Source: Selaginella moellendorffii (taxonomy: Eukaryota; Plantae; Lycopodiophyta). From it: 64,000 nt of DNA. The notes under the pieces were generated by a model that was not told the DNA's origin, made no database searches, and saw only the letters and a list, made by a program, of their open reading frames with translations. A program made the position numbers and the translations under genes. The stretch is taken from the NCBI RefSeq assembly GCF_000143415.4, contig NW_003314423.1, positions 93,072 through 157,071 of the forward strand, written 5' to 3'. Positions 1-12,612 of the stretch are shown piece by piece (the stretch's first letter is position 1; every line of letters starts with the position of its first letter).

Positions 1-15
1 GCCTTCGGGATATGG

Positions 16-396
16 ATGTGCGGCCGCGCTTCCTCCGCTCAGAGTGCTCGCGTCGCGCAACAGGTGGAAGTTGTCAAGCCCGGCTTGAGCAAGGAGGCGA
101 TAGCAAGGATACCAATCACCAGCAGCTTTGCGAATCCAGAGGGGGGCACTAGCAGCAGCAGCAGCAGCAGTAGCGAGGCGTGCGCGATTTGCCTGGGTGA
201 ATTGGACGACAGGGTCCGGGTCCTTCCCAAATGCAGCCACGCCTTCCACGCCGAGTGCGTCGATATGTGGCTCTTCTCGCACAAGACTTGCCCGACTTGC
301 CGGTCGGATCTCTCCAGCCTCGAGCAGCAGCAGCAACAACAACAGCAGCAGCAGCAGCCAGATCAAATGGTAGTGGTGGTGGTGGATTCCCGGTGA
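16..396 (+). CDS. ATL-type RING-H2 E3 ubiquitin ligase, 5'-truncated by the window edge
   Basis: [11 protein letters not shown] (GLD-like motif), then CAIC-x13[14 protein letters not shown]6-CPTC. Poly-S and poly-Q tracts. The TM segment presumably lies upstream of base 1. Confidence 0.9.
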   Translation: MCGRASSAQSARVAQQVEVVKPGLSKEAIARIPITSSFANPEGGTSSSSSSSSEACAICLGELDDRVRVLPKCSHAFHAECVDMWLFSHKTCPTCRSDLSSLEQQQQQQQQQQQPDQMVVVVVDSR

Positions 397-1236
397 CGAT
401 CGATAGTTCTCTCGTAGCGGCGTTGGTTTTTCCCTCTTCTCGAGCAAAGCTCTTTCGCGTAGTCGTAGAGGCAGGAGGAGTTGGATTGTCATATCAGTTA
501 AAGTCCGGACTGGAGATATCAATGTAGGCAGGAGGGATTGTCTCTATGCGATGAGCAGAGAGCTCTTTTTTGGCTCGCATGGCATCATCGCTCGGCTTAT
601 ATCCAGGTCGCGACGCGATAGAGAGACGATCGAAAGCGAAAGAAGTTGCGTGGTCCTGCAAACAATCAGAGCAAGGAGAACAAGGTCTTCCTTCTTGATC
701 TATATCGGAGAACTTATGTCCTGTAGATTGATATAAACGTGGCAAGAAAAAAAAATAAAAATGGGACCCTTCAAAAGAGAGACCCTGTCAAAATGGAAGA
801 TAGTTTCTTTCGCCCATGGAGAAGCAATCTATAACCCAGTCGAGATACGAACGATAGAAACTATTAAGCGCGTAGAGAAAGCTTCCGGGAATCAATCTCT
901 CAACCCTTGGCCTCCAATTTGGAAGGCGGTAGCTTCAACTTCTAGGCTTCTAGAACAGGAAACTTTAGGATGTGCACGGCCCTCCATGTCATAGCCCAAG
1001 TCCTGCCTTTCGCCCCATGTCATAGCCCCGGGAGAAGACGTGCGAGAACATAGAGGCGCGCGGAATTCCACCACGTGTCAAGCCGCCAAACCCAGCTTCG
1101 CGCGCTCTTACCCTAAAAACCTCCCCTTCTTTGGATATAAATTTAGGGCGGCAACAACAACCCGGAAAAACAGGGGGCTGTTCTTCTTGGAGCTCTCGCT
1201 CCTTGGGCGGAGAAAAGGAGGAATTTTCATGTTTCC

Positions 1237-1908
1237 ATGGCGGATTGGAGCTCCGGAGGCTCGATCTCTTCGTTTGCGTGGCCGCCATTCCCGTCCAATG
1301 GCATGGAGGACGGGCAGTGGCCGCCGTGGCCGGGCGCCGGCACTGGCAACAACAATTTCTTTGGCTGGCAGGGGTTTGGATTCGCGAGTCCCAGGCGCAA
1401 CGACGGCCTGGGCGCCGGGACGATCATCCTCGTCGCGGTGCTCGTCACTGGATTCTCGCTCATGACGCTCCTGCTGCTGCGCCTGTGGTTCTGCGGGTGC
1501 TCCCAGGACGACGACGCGCGGCGCGCGGGGAATTCGCAGCCCGCGATCGCGAACAAGCTCGCGATTGGGCTGCGCAGGGACGTGATCGAGAGCTTCCAGG
1601 TGGTGAATTACAAGGCGCTCGTCGCCATGAGGGGAAGGGAATCATCATCGAGCGCCCCGGGCGAGGGGGAGTGCTGCTGCCCGGTCTGCCTCATCGATTT
1701 CGGGGAGGAGGACAAGAGGATCAGGGTTCTTCCCGGCTGCGGCCATGGATTCCACACGGAATGCATCGATATGTGGCTCTTCTCGCACACCTCCTGCCCC
1801 GTCTGCCGCCGGGAGCTCCTCCCGCCATCGCCCAGCTCCAGCGCTCGCCGGGATGATCGCGTCGTCGTCATAGAGATCCCCCAAATCCATCCCCAAGAGC
1901 GTGGCTGA
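1237..1908 (+). CDS. ATL-type RING-H2 E3 ligase, intronless (ATG probably 1303)
   Basis: TM helix IILVAVLVTGFSLMTLLLLRLWF, GLRRDVIESF motif, RING-H2 CPVC-x16-CGHGFHTECIDMW-CPVC. Confidence 0.92.
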   Translation: MADWSSGGSISSFAWPPFPSNGMEDGQWPPWPGAGTGNNNFFGWQGFGFASPRRNDGLGAGTIILVAVLVTGFSLMTLLLLRLWFCGCSQDDDARRAGNSQPAIANKLAIGLRRDVIESFQVVNYKALVAMRGRESSSSAPGEGECCCPVCLIDFGEEDKRIRVLPGCGHGFHTECIDMWLFSHTSCPVCRRELLPPSPSSSARRDDRVVVIEIPQIHPQERG

Positions 1909-3240
1909 TGATCGTGCCGCGTGGGCTCTCGCATTTCTTCGTTTTCTCCTTTTCGTGTTCTTTCCGGGGCATATTCGCGGCGGATATTCCAGGCTCTGCG
2001 CGTTCTGTGAAATAAGGCCCTGCTCGACGGTCGATCCAAAGGAATCGACCGAGAGAAGTCACATGGAAATTTAGAATTCTTTTCGCTGGCTCTCTCGCTC
2101 GCTCGCTCGCAGCGATCGATCGATCGATCGAACCAGCGTGTCAATCTCGTTGTCTATCCTTCGAATTTCATGACGAATGGAAAAACAAAAAAAGTCGAGC
2201 GCTCCAGAACAAGAACAGAGTTTTCTACGCTTTTTGGCCCCGTCGATAGATTTTTCTATTGGATTGGAGCAATGAGCTGGAGAGCGACGAATCAATAGTC
2301 GCTTTGCTTAGCTTCGCATGGCAGCACTGCAGTGGAGCCAAGCCAAAGTCTTCTTCTTCTTCTTCTTTTATTTTGTCTTTGGAAGCACTTTGGAAGCTTT
2401 TGATGATGATTATGGCGATGACGAGGATTCATGATCCGGGCGCGCAATCGCTGTCGTTGGTCCCCGCCCGGAACGTCGCATCTGACGGCGCGTGTTGATC
2501 GAGCCGCCCGCCAGTCGCCACCACTGCCTGTTGTTTAGCTTCCAAGCATTGTCGCAGCAAAGGCCTATCTCTCCTTTCCGTGGCTAGCCATAACAAGAGA
2601 GATCAAAGTAAGCAAATCCCAAGAGCGCAATGGTGTAGCTATCAATCGCGAAGCTCGGTTTACTTGATTTTTCTTCTTTTCTTCCAGTCTCTTTCTCACG
2701 ATCGATCGTAAATTCCTTCGCTCCAACTCCACTATGTATGAGGTCGCCATCAAATTCCTAGCTAGGCCTACCAGAAACTTGCATTGGATTACGTACAGAA
2801 GCCGGGAAATCGTCTCTCGCAATCCAAAACAGTGAGATTTTCCTTTCTTTAATGCTCAAAGTTTTCCTCTCTTGAACAGTAATGCTAAAGACTAAAAGTC
2901 TAAGTCTTCTAGCAAAGGAAGTTTTGGAGGTCTTGGCGCCAAGTAACCCCGAACATTAGGTCACCATCCATTTTCTGGGGTCGCTCTCCTACATCTACCA
3001 AGAGCAACAGGAAGAAAAACGAAACATCCGTAGAGAAATCAATCATTTCCTACTCTTGATTGATTAGCAATGGTGTTTATTCTCTGGCCATGGGTGACGC
3101 TGGCAAACAGGGTCCTTGAATCGTTATTATAATCCAGCAAACAGGAAGAATTTCGATTTGTACAATGCCAGGAAATGCGATGATTGATTGCGTGCTAGAA
3201 ATTCGAGAACAGCTACACCAACTATCTTTGCCAAGAAAAT

Positions 3241-3918
3241 TCACCCACACTCGCAATCGGTGGCTACCGGCGCGGGGGAGGATGGGGCGGATCGGCTGCT
3301 GCGCCGGTGCTGCTGCCGATCGCAGAGAGAGCCCGAGGAGCTTGCACCATTCGCGACGATCGATCCAGCGCAGGGTTGATGATCATCGGCCGCGATTCCC
3401 CTGCGGCACAGGGGGCAAGTGAGATACGAGCAAAGCCAGAGCTGGATGCATTGGGTGTGGAAGCAGTGGCCGCAGCCGGGCAGCGCACGGATCTCCCAGC
3501 TCTGAATTTCACGATCGCCCAAATCAAGATCTTCGGATTCCTCCTCCCCACCGCCAATCTTCCGCCCAAAATCTGTCAAGCACACCGCGCAGCACTCGTC
3601 CGCGCGCCGCGCATCGTCCGATGAGACAATGGGCAGCAATCCAACGGTCGCCTTGGCGCGCGTCTGGCGCTCTTGCGCCCCCACGGACGGCCCGATTCTT
3701 CCCTCCCCCTGCTGCCGTCCCCTCCTCCGCGAGCTAAAGCACCAGAAGAGCACCATGATCGAGAGGCTCGCCCCCATTCCACACAGGACGATCGCGACGC
3801 AAGTGAGAGTGGTGAGATGGAAGGGCTTGTGGTGGCGGTAGAGGTGATTGTGGATCATAGGCGCCGAATCGGGAGCTCCTTCTTCCCCAGCGAGTGAGAA
3901 TGGCGGGAACCTTGCCAT
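3241..3918 (-). CDS. ATL-type RING-H2 E3 ligase with a long RING loop insertion
   Basis: TM LTCVAIVLCGMGASLSIMVLFWCF; CAVC-x35-CGHCFHTQCIQLW-CPLC. Start taken at ATG 3918 (MARFPP); the ORF extends to 4071. Confidence 0.85.
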   Translation of the reverse strand: MARFPPFSLAGEEGAPDSAPMIHNHLYRHHKPFHLTTLTCVAIVLCGMGASLSIMVLFWCFSSRRRGRQQGEGRIGPSVGAQERQTRAKATVGLLPIVSSDDARRADECCAVCLTDFGRKIGGGEEESEDLDLGDREIQSWEIRALPGCGHCFHTQCIQLWLCSYLTCPLCRRGIAADDHQPCAGSIVANGASSSGSLCDRQQHRRSSRSAPSSPAPVATDCECG

Positions 3919-4160
3919 TTTTTCGCGGCGCCGCGGCTGCTGTCGATCGATGCCGATGTTGCGATGCGAGGGCTGCTGAGATTTCAATCGGGGAGGCAGT
4001 GATTTATCTGGATTGAGTGGAGGAACAGGAGCTATAGCAGGGGAAATGGCCACTATAGGTATCGCCATCAAGAAATTCCAGAAAATTGAAAAGCAAGAGC
4101 TTGATGCGCTTGAAAAGAGAGAAGAATCTTCCTCTGCTAGGCCCGTAGATCAGGATCTCA

Positions 4161-4790
4161 TCAGGATTGAGCGATTCCAGCGGCAGCAGGGTTGGAATTG
4201 TCGGCTGGTTCTCGTCCCACCGTTAAATCCTGATCTTGGCGGTGATTTTCTTCTTCTTCTTCCTCCTCTCGTCTCGGTTCTTGGTGGACAGCGCATCGGC
4301 AGAGAGGGCAAGACGCGGAGGTCCGGAGCCACACATCGACGCAGTGGGGATGGAAGCAGTGGCTGCACCGCGGCAAGAACCGGATCTTCTCGTCGCCCGG
4401 CTGATCATCGGAGAATTCCGCCAGGCACACCGCGCAGCATCCCACGCCGCCGCCAGCGCCAGCGCGGTTCTTGGAATACTTGGAGAGGAGGTCTTGGAGA
4501 GTGAGGAGCGGGAGCTTGTTGATCTCGTGGGGCTCCAGCCCGGGCTTGGGGTGATGAGCGGCGGCGGCGTGGATGTGGATGTGGGCGAGGTTGGCGGCGG
4601 CGGCGGAGCGGCTGAGCACGACGTTGAGGCGGCGGCGCGGGCAGAGGAAGTAGAGGCCCAGGAGCCCCAGCAACGAGATGAATGTGAGGATCACCATGAC
4701 GATGAGCGTGATGATAGCGCCGTTGCTGAGATGGAGGATCTGGTGCTCCATTTCGCCGTGGTTGACGGAATTGGAGGAATTGAGCTCCAT
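4161..4790 (-). CDS. ATL-type RING-H2 E3 ligase, intronless
   Basis: TM AIITLIVMVILTFISLLGLLGLYFLC, GLEPHEINKLP, CAVC-x19-CSHCFHPHCVDVW-CPLC. Confidence 0.92.
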   Translation of the reverse strand: MELNSSNSVNHGEMEHQILHLSNGAIITLIVMVILTFISLLGLLGLYFLCPRRRLNVVLSRSAAAANLAHIHIHAAAAHHPKPGLEPHEINKLPLLTLQDLLSKYSKNRAGAGGGVGCCAVCLAEFSDDQPGDEKIRFLPRCSHCFHPHCVDVWLRTSASCPLCRCAVHQEPRREEEEEEENHRQDQDLTVGREPADNSNPAAAGIAQS

Positions 4791-5050
4791 GGGAGTGGAA
4801 AGGATGATCAAGGAGGAGAGATCAAATCAAACCTGCACTGCCAGGAGCAAGGAGGAAATCAATGGACGGATTGCTCGATCTATCTAGCTCCATCACCTTG
4901 CAATTGGGTTGCGATTTTAGTCCAGTTGCCGAATTTTGGTTTTTCCCGGGCCTCATGAATGGAGGAGACGCGGTGGTTCCACGAGGTGGGGATCCATCAA
5001 AGACGCGAATTGAGCGCGACCGCGGTCGCTGGAACGTCCATCCATTCCAC

Positions 5051-5109
5051 CGCCAAGCGTGCCCTAATTAGGGCTTTGGGGCGCGCCAAGCGTGCCCTAA
5101 CTAGGGCTT
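5051..5109. promoter_or_regulatory. Tandemly duplicated 26-bp element containing the palindrome GCCCTAATTAGGGC, in a divergent promoter
   Basis: cgccaagcgtgccctaa(t/c)tagggctt at 5051 and 5084, between the divergent ATL (4790) and RWP-RK (5408) starts. Regulatory role is inferred. Confidence 0.45.
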
Positions 5110-5407
5110 ATGCGGGCGCGGGGGGTTGAGGTGGGAATATGCCGCCGGCCGGCACGGCCTCAAAAACACCGCTTGACGCGAGCAGAGCAAGAAAATGGTG
5201 AGGATCCTCTCCGCGATTCCTTGGCGCATCCATGGGGTAGGCGGAGGCGGCGGCGGCGGCTCGGTGGCGACGCTGTATCCTCCCAATGGCGGCTGCGCGG
5301 AGGTACGCGGTGGGGTTTTGTCACTGCCGGCAGCATGAAGAGAGCAAGAGATCATCGCGCAAGGGTTTGATGGTAGAATCAGCGGCAAGGGGGTACTGCA
5401 TTGTCCA

Positions 5408-7567
5408 ATGTCATCGTCTTCGCCGCCAACGGCACTGGCATTGCCGTGGTTTGATCAGCGTAGCGGCGGCACGATCGCGGATTTCCTCAGGAACAACAAG
5501 CCGCCGGAAGAGGTGCTGCTCAATTTCCTGGTCAACCCCTCGCCCGCGCCGAGGCCGTTGACTCCGTTGACCGGCGGCGGCGGCGGCGGCGGCGAGTACG
5601 AGAGTCTGGCGATGGCGCGGCCCTGCGAGACGAGCCACGGCCCCGACTTTAGCGGCCTCTTGTTCGAGGGGAGCAGCATCAAGTCCGAGGATGACGCCGC
5701 CGCTGACGATGGCTTGAATGGAGAGCTCATCGCCTTTGATCAGATCGACGCAGATATGGCCAGGGACTCCTTCTCGCTCTTTGGTGGCGCCGCCGCCGTG
5801 GACGACAGTAGCAACGGGAACTCCCACGACGGGATCGAGCTGGAGGTTTGCTCGCCATCCAGGAGTGTTGGAGCTGCCGCCGCCGCCAGCGCGCTGCTCA
5901 ACTTCCCGCTCAACAACTTCCTGGCGCAGCATGGGAGCTCGTTCCTGGCCGCCGCGGCCGCCGCGGCCGCCGCCGGTGTTGCTCCCGATGGCTCGGAGCT
6001 CGTTGGTTTTGAGGCGGCTCCGGCCGAGATCCACGCACAGTCGTGTAGCAATCTCGTGGGGGACTGGAGCTTGCCACCCGACACCATTCTTCTTCCTTCT
6101 TCGCACGGCGGCAGCCATGGCAGTGAGTCCAACAATGCTGGTAGCAGCAGCGGGACAAACAACATGGTTCATCAGTATAATCTCCAGTGCGGTTCTTGCC
6201 AGATCCTACACTGTATTATCCACTCAAATGGTACGTAACTTTCTTCTCTTCCTCCTTCTCTCGGTCTCTTTGTTCTTGTTTCTTTCTCTTTGTTTTTCTC
6301 TCGTCTGACTCGTTGATTACTATACACACTGCATGAGCTCCACCATGACTTGTACTAGATCAGTGCAGGAGTCCAAGACACCAAGCTTGAGATCCACGGA
6401 TGCGACGGGCAGAGCTACAACGCCGTGCTGCACACTCGGTTTTGTGTGGACGATGGATTTCCCACCACCTTGGAGCAGCAGATTGTTGAGTAAGCCAAGC
6501 TCCCTGTGAAAGGTTTCTCTTTGTTGTCATCTTTGATGCTTTTCTCATTATGAGTTGATTAGCTCCGTGCTTGTTTGTTCTTTGCAGGTTTCCAGTGGGT
6601 AACGCGGAGTATGTGAAGCAATTTCTACTCCAGTACAGCCTCTTGCGAAGGAAGGAAGGCTTCGTACTGCGGCACGATTCCACGGGGAGCTTTGACACGG
6701 GCGGAGCGTCCGGTTTTGGAATCGGGCCCGACTGTTTGAACGAGTCGTCCGCTTCTTTCCCAAAGCAACTTGGCCGCAGTTTGTTCTCGGACCTTCACTC
6801 CGGTGCGTTTTCTTGTTTCCTTGATAGGACAGCATGCGTGTTTCGTTTTGCTTTTTTCTTTTGTAGACATTTCTATTGCTTTCTTGCTTTTCCGGACACT
6901 GGTCCTCTTTTCCTTTTTCCTCTTATATGTTTTTTGCTAAACCAACATGTGCTGAGCTCTGTTCTCCAACAGCCTCCGATACTTTGAACGCGTTTGGTAA
7001 GCAACATCTTCTGGGGCCGAGCAAAGCAAACCGAAGCAGCAGCTTGGACAGCATGGACCCTGGCGACGGTTCCAACTTGCCTGTCAAGCCTCCAAAGAGC
7101 AACGCTGCCGCACAGGTTTCCTTCTGTCGCCCCCCAGCCAAAGGGATGAGTTTCTCACTGTAAGATCACACCGGTGTGTTTGCTTTTGCTCCTCTCCTCA
7201 CCGAGTGTTTTTGCACTTTCAGAGGGAAAGAACCGGCAAGCTCAAGATGTCCGATCTAGCGCAGCACTTCCACCTTCCTATAAATGCCGCCGCCAAGGAG
7301 CTGGGAATCTGTCCAACGGTGTTGAAGAAGATTTGTAGGAGGAACGGGATGCGTCGGTGGCCTCATAGAAAGGTAAGAATGTCTCTCTCTCGCTCTTGTT
7401 TTTTAATCTTTCCTCCATAGATTAAGAGTATAGAGCGGATAATCGCCACCTTGGAGCAGACAATAGCAGAAGGGGCTGGGCAAGGTGACGAAGGAATTCG
7501 TATGGAGATAGCGATGCTGCGGAACGAGCGTGCTCAGCTATGCGCGGGTTTGCTCGGGGAGACCTGA
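5408..7567 (+). CDS. RWP-RK domain transcription factor, RKD-like (no PB1 domain); 6 exons
   Basis: GT-AG exons 5408-6230, 6369-6489, 6588-6802, 6973-7115, 7223-7372 and 7421-7567 join in frame. DLAQHFHLPINAAAKELGICPTVLKKICRRNGMRRWPHRK|IKS is the RWP-RK domain. An upstream CxxC...IIHSNG...KLEIHG...VKQFLLQY block resembles RKD proteins. Confidence 0.92.
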
Positions 7568-8008
7568 TCCGCGGACAAGTTTTCTTTCTTGTCCTCGCGA
7601 GCGGTGTATTATACTCAGATCTAGCAGCAGTAGCGCGCGAGAGAGCGAGAGCAAGCTAAACGAAGAGAAGAATTTTTTTTTTTTAATCGGCTTCGTTGTG
7701 TACATCGTAGGAACTTGTTCGGTTGTGTCTTGAAGCTGTAATTACACTCCGTGTACAAAGTGGTCTCACTTCTTTTCCGATAGAAACTCCGGAAAAGAGG
7801 AGGAAGAAAAGAGAGTCGTGAAAACTGACCGATCCGACTTATCCTTTCCTCAACGACGTCCAAAGTTTGATATAGACACATTCCCGAGTGTTCTTTCCTT
7901 GGGCTCCTGTTTTCACGCACCACACCCATAAGTAGCGAACGAGACGAACTTGGAAAAAACTCAAGTGAAAGAGAGAGAAGAGTTTTTTCTTTTCTTACCC
8001 GAGGATCT

Positions 8009-8500
8009 TCAGGTGGAAACCACCTCGAGCAGCGGTTCCTTTTGCAAACTGTCGCGGCAAATCGGGCAGGAGCTGTGCGAGAAGAACCACATGTCGATGC
8101 AGTCAGTGTGGAAGCAGTGGCCGCAGCGCGGGAGGTGCCGAATCTCCGAGTCTCCCTTCCCAAACTCGATCAAGCACACGGCGCAGCACTCGACATTCTC
8201 TTCGCCGCTCTTGATCTTCACCAGCTGCTCGTAGCTCACCACCGGCAGCCGCTTCACTAGATCCTTGGAGAGTCCCAGCCTGGACTGGAAGCCACCAGCA
8301 CCAGCACCAACGAGCCCCTGTCCCTCCTCCTGTACCTGCCTGTGACGCCTGTTGCGAGCCTCGACGCACTTGCACGCGTAGAAGAAGATGAGCAGCGACA
8401 GCAGCATGAATGCGAAGAGGATGGAGCAGACAATCACCACCGTGAGGCGATCGGTTGCCAGGGACGAGGAGAGTGGCGACGAAGATCTCGGGTCTTGCAT
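8009..8500 (-). CDS. ATL-type RING-H2 E3 ligase, intronless
   Basis: TM VVIVCSILFAFMLLSLLIFFY, GLSKDLVKRLP, CAVC-x16-CGHCFHTDCIDMW-CPIC. Confidence 0.93.
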   Translation of the reverse strand: MQDPRSSSPLSSSLATDRLTVVIVCSILFAFMLLSLLIFFYACKCVEARNRRHRQVQEEGQGLVGAGAGGFQSRLGLSKDLVKRLPVVSYEQLVKIKSGEENVECCAVCLIEFGKGDSEIRHLPRCGHCFHTDCIDMWFFSHSSCPICRDSLQKEPLLEVVST

Positions 8501-8883
8501 TCTTCCCTTTCGCCAAGCTTGTCAGTCCCGCGTCGAGGAGAGAATTGGGGCTCCAGGTCATTAGGAGCGCAAGCTGACTTAGTGTTGAGCTGACACCGGA
8601 GGAGTTAAACAGTAGCATTAGTCGGTCATCGCTGCAGAAAGCCACACACTGAGGAATCTGCCCCCTCAAACCAAACCAAAGTGTAGCGTCTGGCTGGATA
8701 GCTTTTACGTCGTCTCGATCCTAGCAATCAGAATCCCGTCATGAGATCACACCAGCGAAAAGAAAAGAAGGAAAATGGAACGTACCTCATACGTCGATCG
8801 AGGGGAATAAGCCACCGACGTCAGCACGCTTGCAATTTGCTCGGCATCTTCTCGAGGAGAGGGGGCCCTTCCCTCCTTGTCTC

Positions 8884-11800
8884 TCAGTCGGAATCACTTA
8901 CTTCTAAATCGATGCAGACCCTCTTCGGCGAACGCAAACAGGCGGCTTGTAGTACTGACTTGTCAAGCTTTCTTTTTTGCGCGAACGTCGGCAGCGTGGT
9001 TCTAGCCGTTCTCGTAGAATCTCTCTCCTCCTCGGCGGCAGCTGATGGTAAAATCGAGTCTATAGGAACTACTTTACCATCGATTTGGCACGTAAAAACG
9101 AATGAAACCTGGTCCACATCCACTTTCAGTCAAATTCTTAAGGAGACACTGCGCACTCACCTCTTCACCAGCAGCCCATTGCAAGATGACATCAGGGACT
9201 GTTGATGGATGCGAATGGTGAGCCCAGCGTATCAGGTCCTCTTCGGCAGGCTCACCTATCTGGCGACAGGAAAAAGAAAAAAACTTTTATCTATGCATTG
9301 ACCATCGAGTAGACCTCCAGACCTGTTTCTCCCAATGCCTTTGCCTCTCCAGACAGCCGGCAGTCCCAGCGAAAGCGCCTATATCACCTAGTTGATTAGC
9401 TAGTTCATTTGGAACATTTTCAACATCGCAACGTTCACAATCAAGCGTGTCATGTGTATCAGAACTGGATAAAAAACGATTTAATGAGCCGCAAGGAATT
9501 CATAATCCATTGCAATCACCTTATGTCGCGAAGGGTGAACAGATCCCTCAAATCTTCTGTGGATAGCGCGTTGACCTGGAACAGGACTACAACTCTCTTC
9601 AAAAATTTAATCAGCTTTCGAACCTCAGCTTTGGAGTCGCCACTGATCACCTTTTGAAGTCCTTCCTTCGATATTTGACGCTGATAAACCTGCTTGCGAC
9701 AAGCGTGTTAGAAAAAGTAGCGCTTTCACAACTACACCTTTATGCTACCTTCTCTTCGATTGTACCAGTTGCTAAAAATCGATAGATGTACACACGCTTC
9801 TTTTGGCCATCTCTCCAAACACGCGCTGCTGCCTGCATCCTAGTTAAAGCAATGATATTCAGAACGTTTCTGTTACCTGTTTGTCATTTGCCGGATTCCA
9901 ATCAGGATCAAATAGAACCAGCCGGTTGCCGCCAATCAAGTTTAATCCACATCCACCGGCCTTGCTACTCAGCAGGAAAGCGAATTCGTTCTGTTCACCG
10001 ACAGTTTAACGTTGGATAAACGAAATGCATTAAAGTCATAATAACCTGTGACGGATCATTAAACTTTTGCACCAGCTTTTGCCTTTTCCCAATCGACGTA
10101 CTTCCATCAAGCCTTACATAGGGATAGTTCCGTTCTCGACAGAGTTGAGCAAAGAGATCCAAGGTCTGAGAGCAAACATTTATTTAAATTTAGAGGGAAA
10201 AAAGAAATTTTACCTGTGTATAATTCGATACAAGCACGATCCTATCGTTTGTTTTCTTCCGTAGATTCTCCAGTAGACGTGCTAGAACAAACATTTTTCC
10301 AGACAACTTAACCCAGCTTCCGTCGGAAGGAGTCCCTCTGTCAGGGTACCATGTCATATACCCTGTTAGATGAAAATATGGCTTTTGATAAGGATCTACC
10401 TTCCAGTATGCATCTCCTTCGGAAAAAATTGCATGCAATTCTCAAAGCCAGCGGCTTCTGATCCGCCCGCACGAACAGTGTCATATATCAGCTGCAGGCA
10501 AGAGTTTGAAACAATGACTCGCTGCGAATCGATCTACCTTTGGATGGCTGCAAAGCTTTTTCAAAGCCGTAATTGATGCAAGGACACGAGCACGTTTTGC
10601 TTTGTCTTGCAATGCCAGACGGACCTGCACAACATGGAGTTCAGAAAGAAGCTAAATGCTCAGAAGTTTGCATACATTCTTTGAGTGTATAAAGTGTGTA
10701 TACAGCTCTCGTTGCAGGTTCGTCAGCTTGCAGCAAACTACCTCCACGATCTACAAATTTAGATAAAGTTAGCGATAAAGTACCAAAGCTTTATTCACCT
10801 TGGGAGGAAGATGGTTGGACAAAAGTGCATTCGTACGCCGAAGTATGAACTATAAGACAACCAATTTCAGTTCAGTATCAAAATTGAACTCTCAGCTGGA
10901 TACTTGATTGACTTTCTCGCTTAGCTCTGCAGAGCGCTCCAATCCTAGTTTTCTTGCCTCTTCTGTAGCCTCAGGCTCACGACCGCGAAGAATAGGATTC
11001 TAGACCGATACAAACACTCAAAATACCAAAGGAAAAACTGCCGCTGTTTACCTGATAATACCGGCGAAATGCAGCCACGTCGCCTAGAATGCCAGGATTC
11101 GTAAAATTCACCATAGCGTAAAACTCTTCTAGATCATTCTGCAAGAGAAAAATGATGTACTGCAAGTAATTATATTGAAACGCGGACCTGCATTGGAGTG
11201 CCAGAAAGTAGAACTCTCCTATGGCACTGAAGACTGGCAAGTGCCTAAATTACCAACCCCTTAGAAAAACCAAAACGACATATGTAAAAAGCTCACTTGA
11301 TTTGTTAGAGTGTGGTCGTTCTTCAGCCTGTGTGCTTCGTCACAAATAAGAAGATCACAAGCACCTTCTTTCTGAAACTTGCCCGCATGCAATCGAAAAG
11401 TTTCGTATGAAATTATAAGAATCTACAGAAACTCCTGCCCATGATTAGAAAATTTACGTTTGAAAAAAATTTGAAATACCTGAAATGCATTCCTGGGTGA
11501 AAGAAAACTGGCCACGTCTTGAAGAACTTCAGCACGTGATGCCTCGCAAATTGCAATGACGCTAGCACGCCCACCAAGCCACTTCTTGATCTCAGATTCC
11601 CAGTTACTTACCAGACTGGTGGGAGTGACAATGATAATCCGCTTAGCTATTGGCGATCCTTGGAAACCTTGTCTCAATAATGTCCAAAGAAGCGTTATAG
11701 ACTGCAACGTTTTCCCAAGCCTGGAAATAAATCGTTAAAGAGGAAGGCGTCCAACAACTGAACTGGACGTTGTACCCCATGTCATCAGCGAGAATGCATC

Positions 11801-12481
11801 CAGACCAAGCCGCATCGCCAGCTTTTGAGAACTCGCGAAGGCCAGTTACACACTCAAACATGAACTGGACGCCTTCCCTGCATATACATTCCATTGTGAA
11901 AGAAAACAGAACCAAGAAAGGGATAAGAAAACAAAACAACAGAGTACCTTTGATGTGGTCGAAGGAACTTCGCGACAATTGGATCGACCACTATAGTCGC
12001 ACCATCCTCGTTTCCATCAGGCTGCCACAGCACCAAAGGCTCGAAGTCATCCGGAAGCTCTATACTCCCTTCACTGGGATCCTCTTGAATCGGCAGCGTC
12101 TCAACATTGGGACTCAAGGGAAGTAGAGGCTGTCTCTTCCAAGGAACAAATTTTTTCCTTGCGGAGAGGCGCCGAAGCAGCTCGTCACTGTTGGTCTGCC
12201 CGCCAGGACACGGGGACTTGAAAGGCCTCCTGATCACGGCGGCGCCGTCTGTGACAGTGAGAACCTTTGGAATCAATGCCTGTCGCTTCACAACCAAGTC
12301 TCCCCTGAAAAAAAAAATTTAAAAACCAAGATGAGAGTGAAATGTGCTCAAGAAGCCAGAGATTATCTCACCTCAGTAGCGCTGCCACATTCTCGGACTT
12401 CCTGTTCTCTGGCGTGGCGAGATCTTCTACCCCTTCTTCTTCCTCCTCATCGTCCTCGAGCTGGAAATCTTCATCGTCCAT
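8884..12481 (-). CDS. RAD54: DNA repair and recombination protein RAD54 (SWI2/SNF2 ATPase), multi-exon
   Basis: Exons encode LRPHQR|[19 protein letters not shown]|[67 protein letters not shown]...[43 protein letters not shown] and [14 protein letters not shown] at 12481, stop at 8884; many ~50-70 nt introns. Confidence 0.95.
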
Positions 12482-12492
12482 GGCCGCGCCGC

Positions 12493-12612
12493 AAACCCTA
12501 GCTAGAGAATCGCGCGATCTAGGCGAAGCGAACCTTACGAGTGATCCACGGGCGAGGCGGCGACGCGAAACCCTCCCTCTGCTCAGGAACCCTAGCTACT
12601 AAACTTCCCGCC
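12493..12612 (-). promoter_or_regulatory. RAD54 proximal promoter: telo-box-like AAACCCTAG and near-consensus E2F site TTCCCGCC
   Basis: aaaccctag at ~12494 and ttcccgcc at ~12605. Both motif types are typical of plant cell-cycle and replication genes. The E2F match is imperfect. Confidence 0.4.

Noticed and set aside
1040-6308. Long antisense and alternative-frame ORFs (e.g. 1131-1856, 4236-4958, 5411-6172, 5718-6308)
   Set aside because: Shadow ORFs of GC-rich CDSs with no recognisable motifs.
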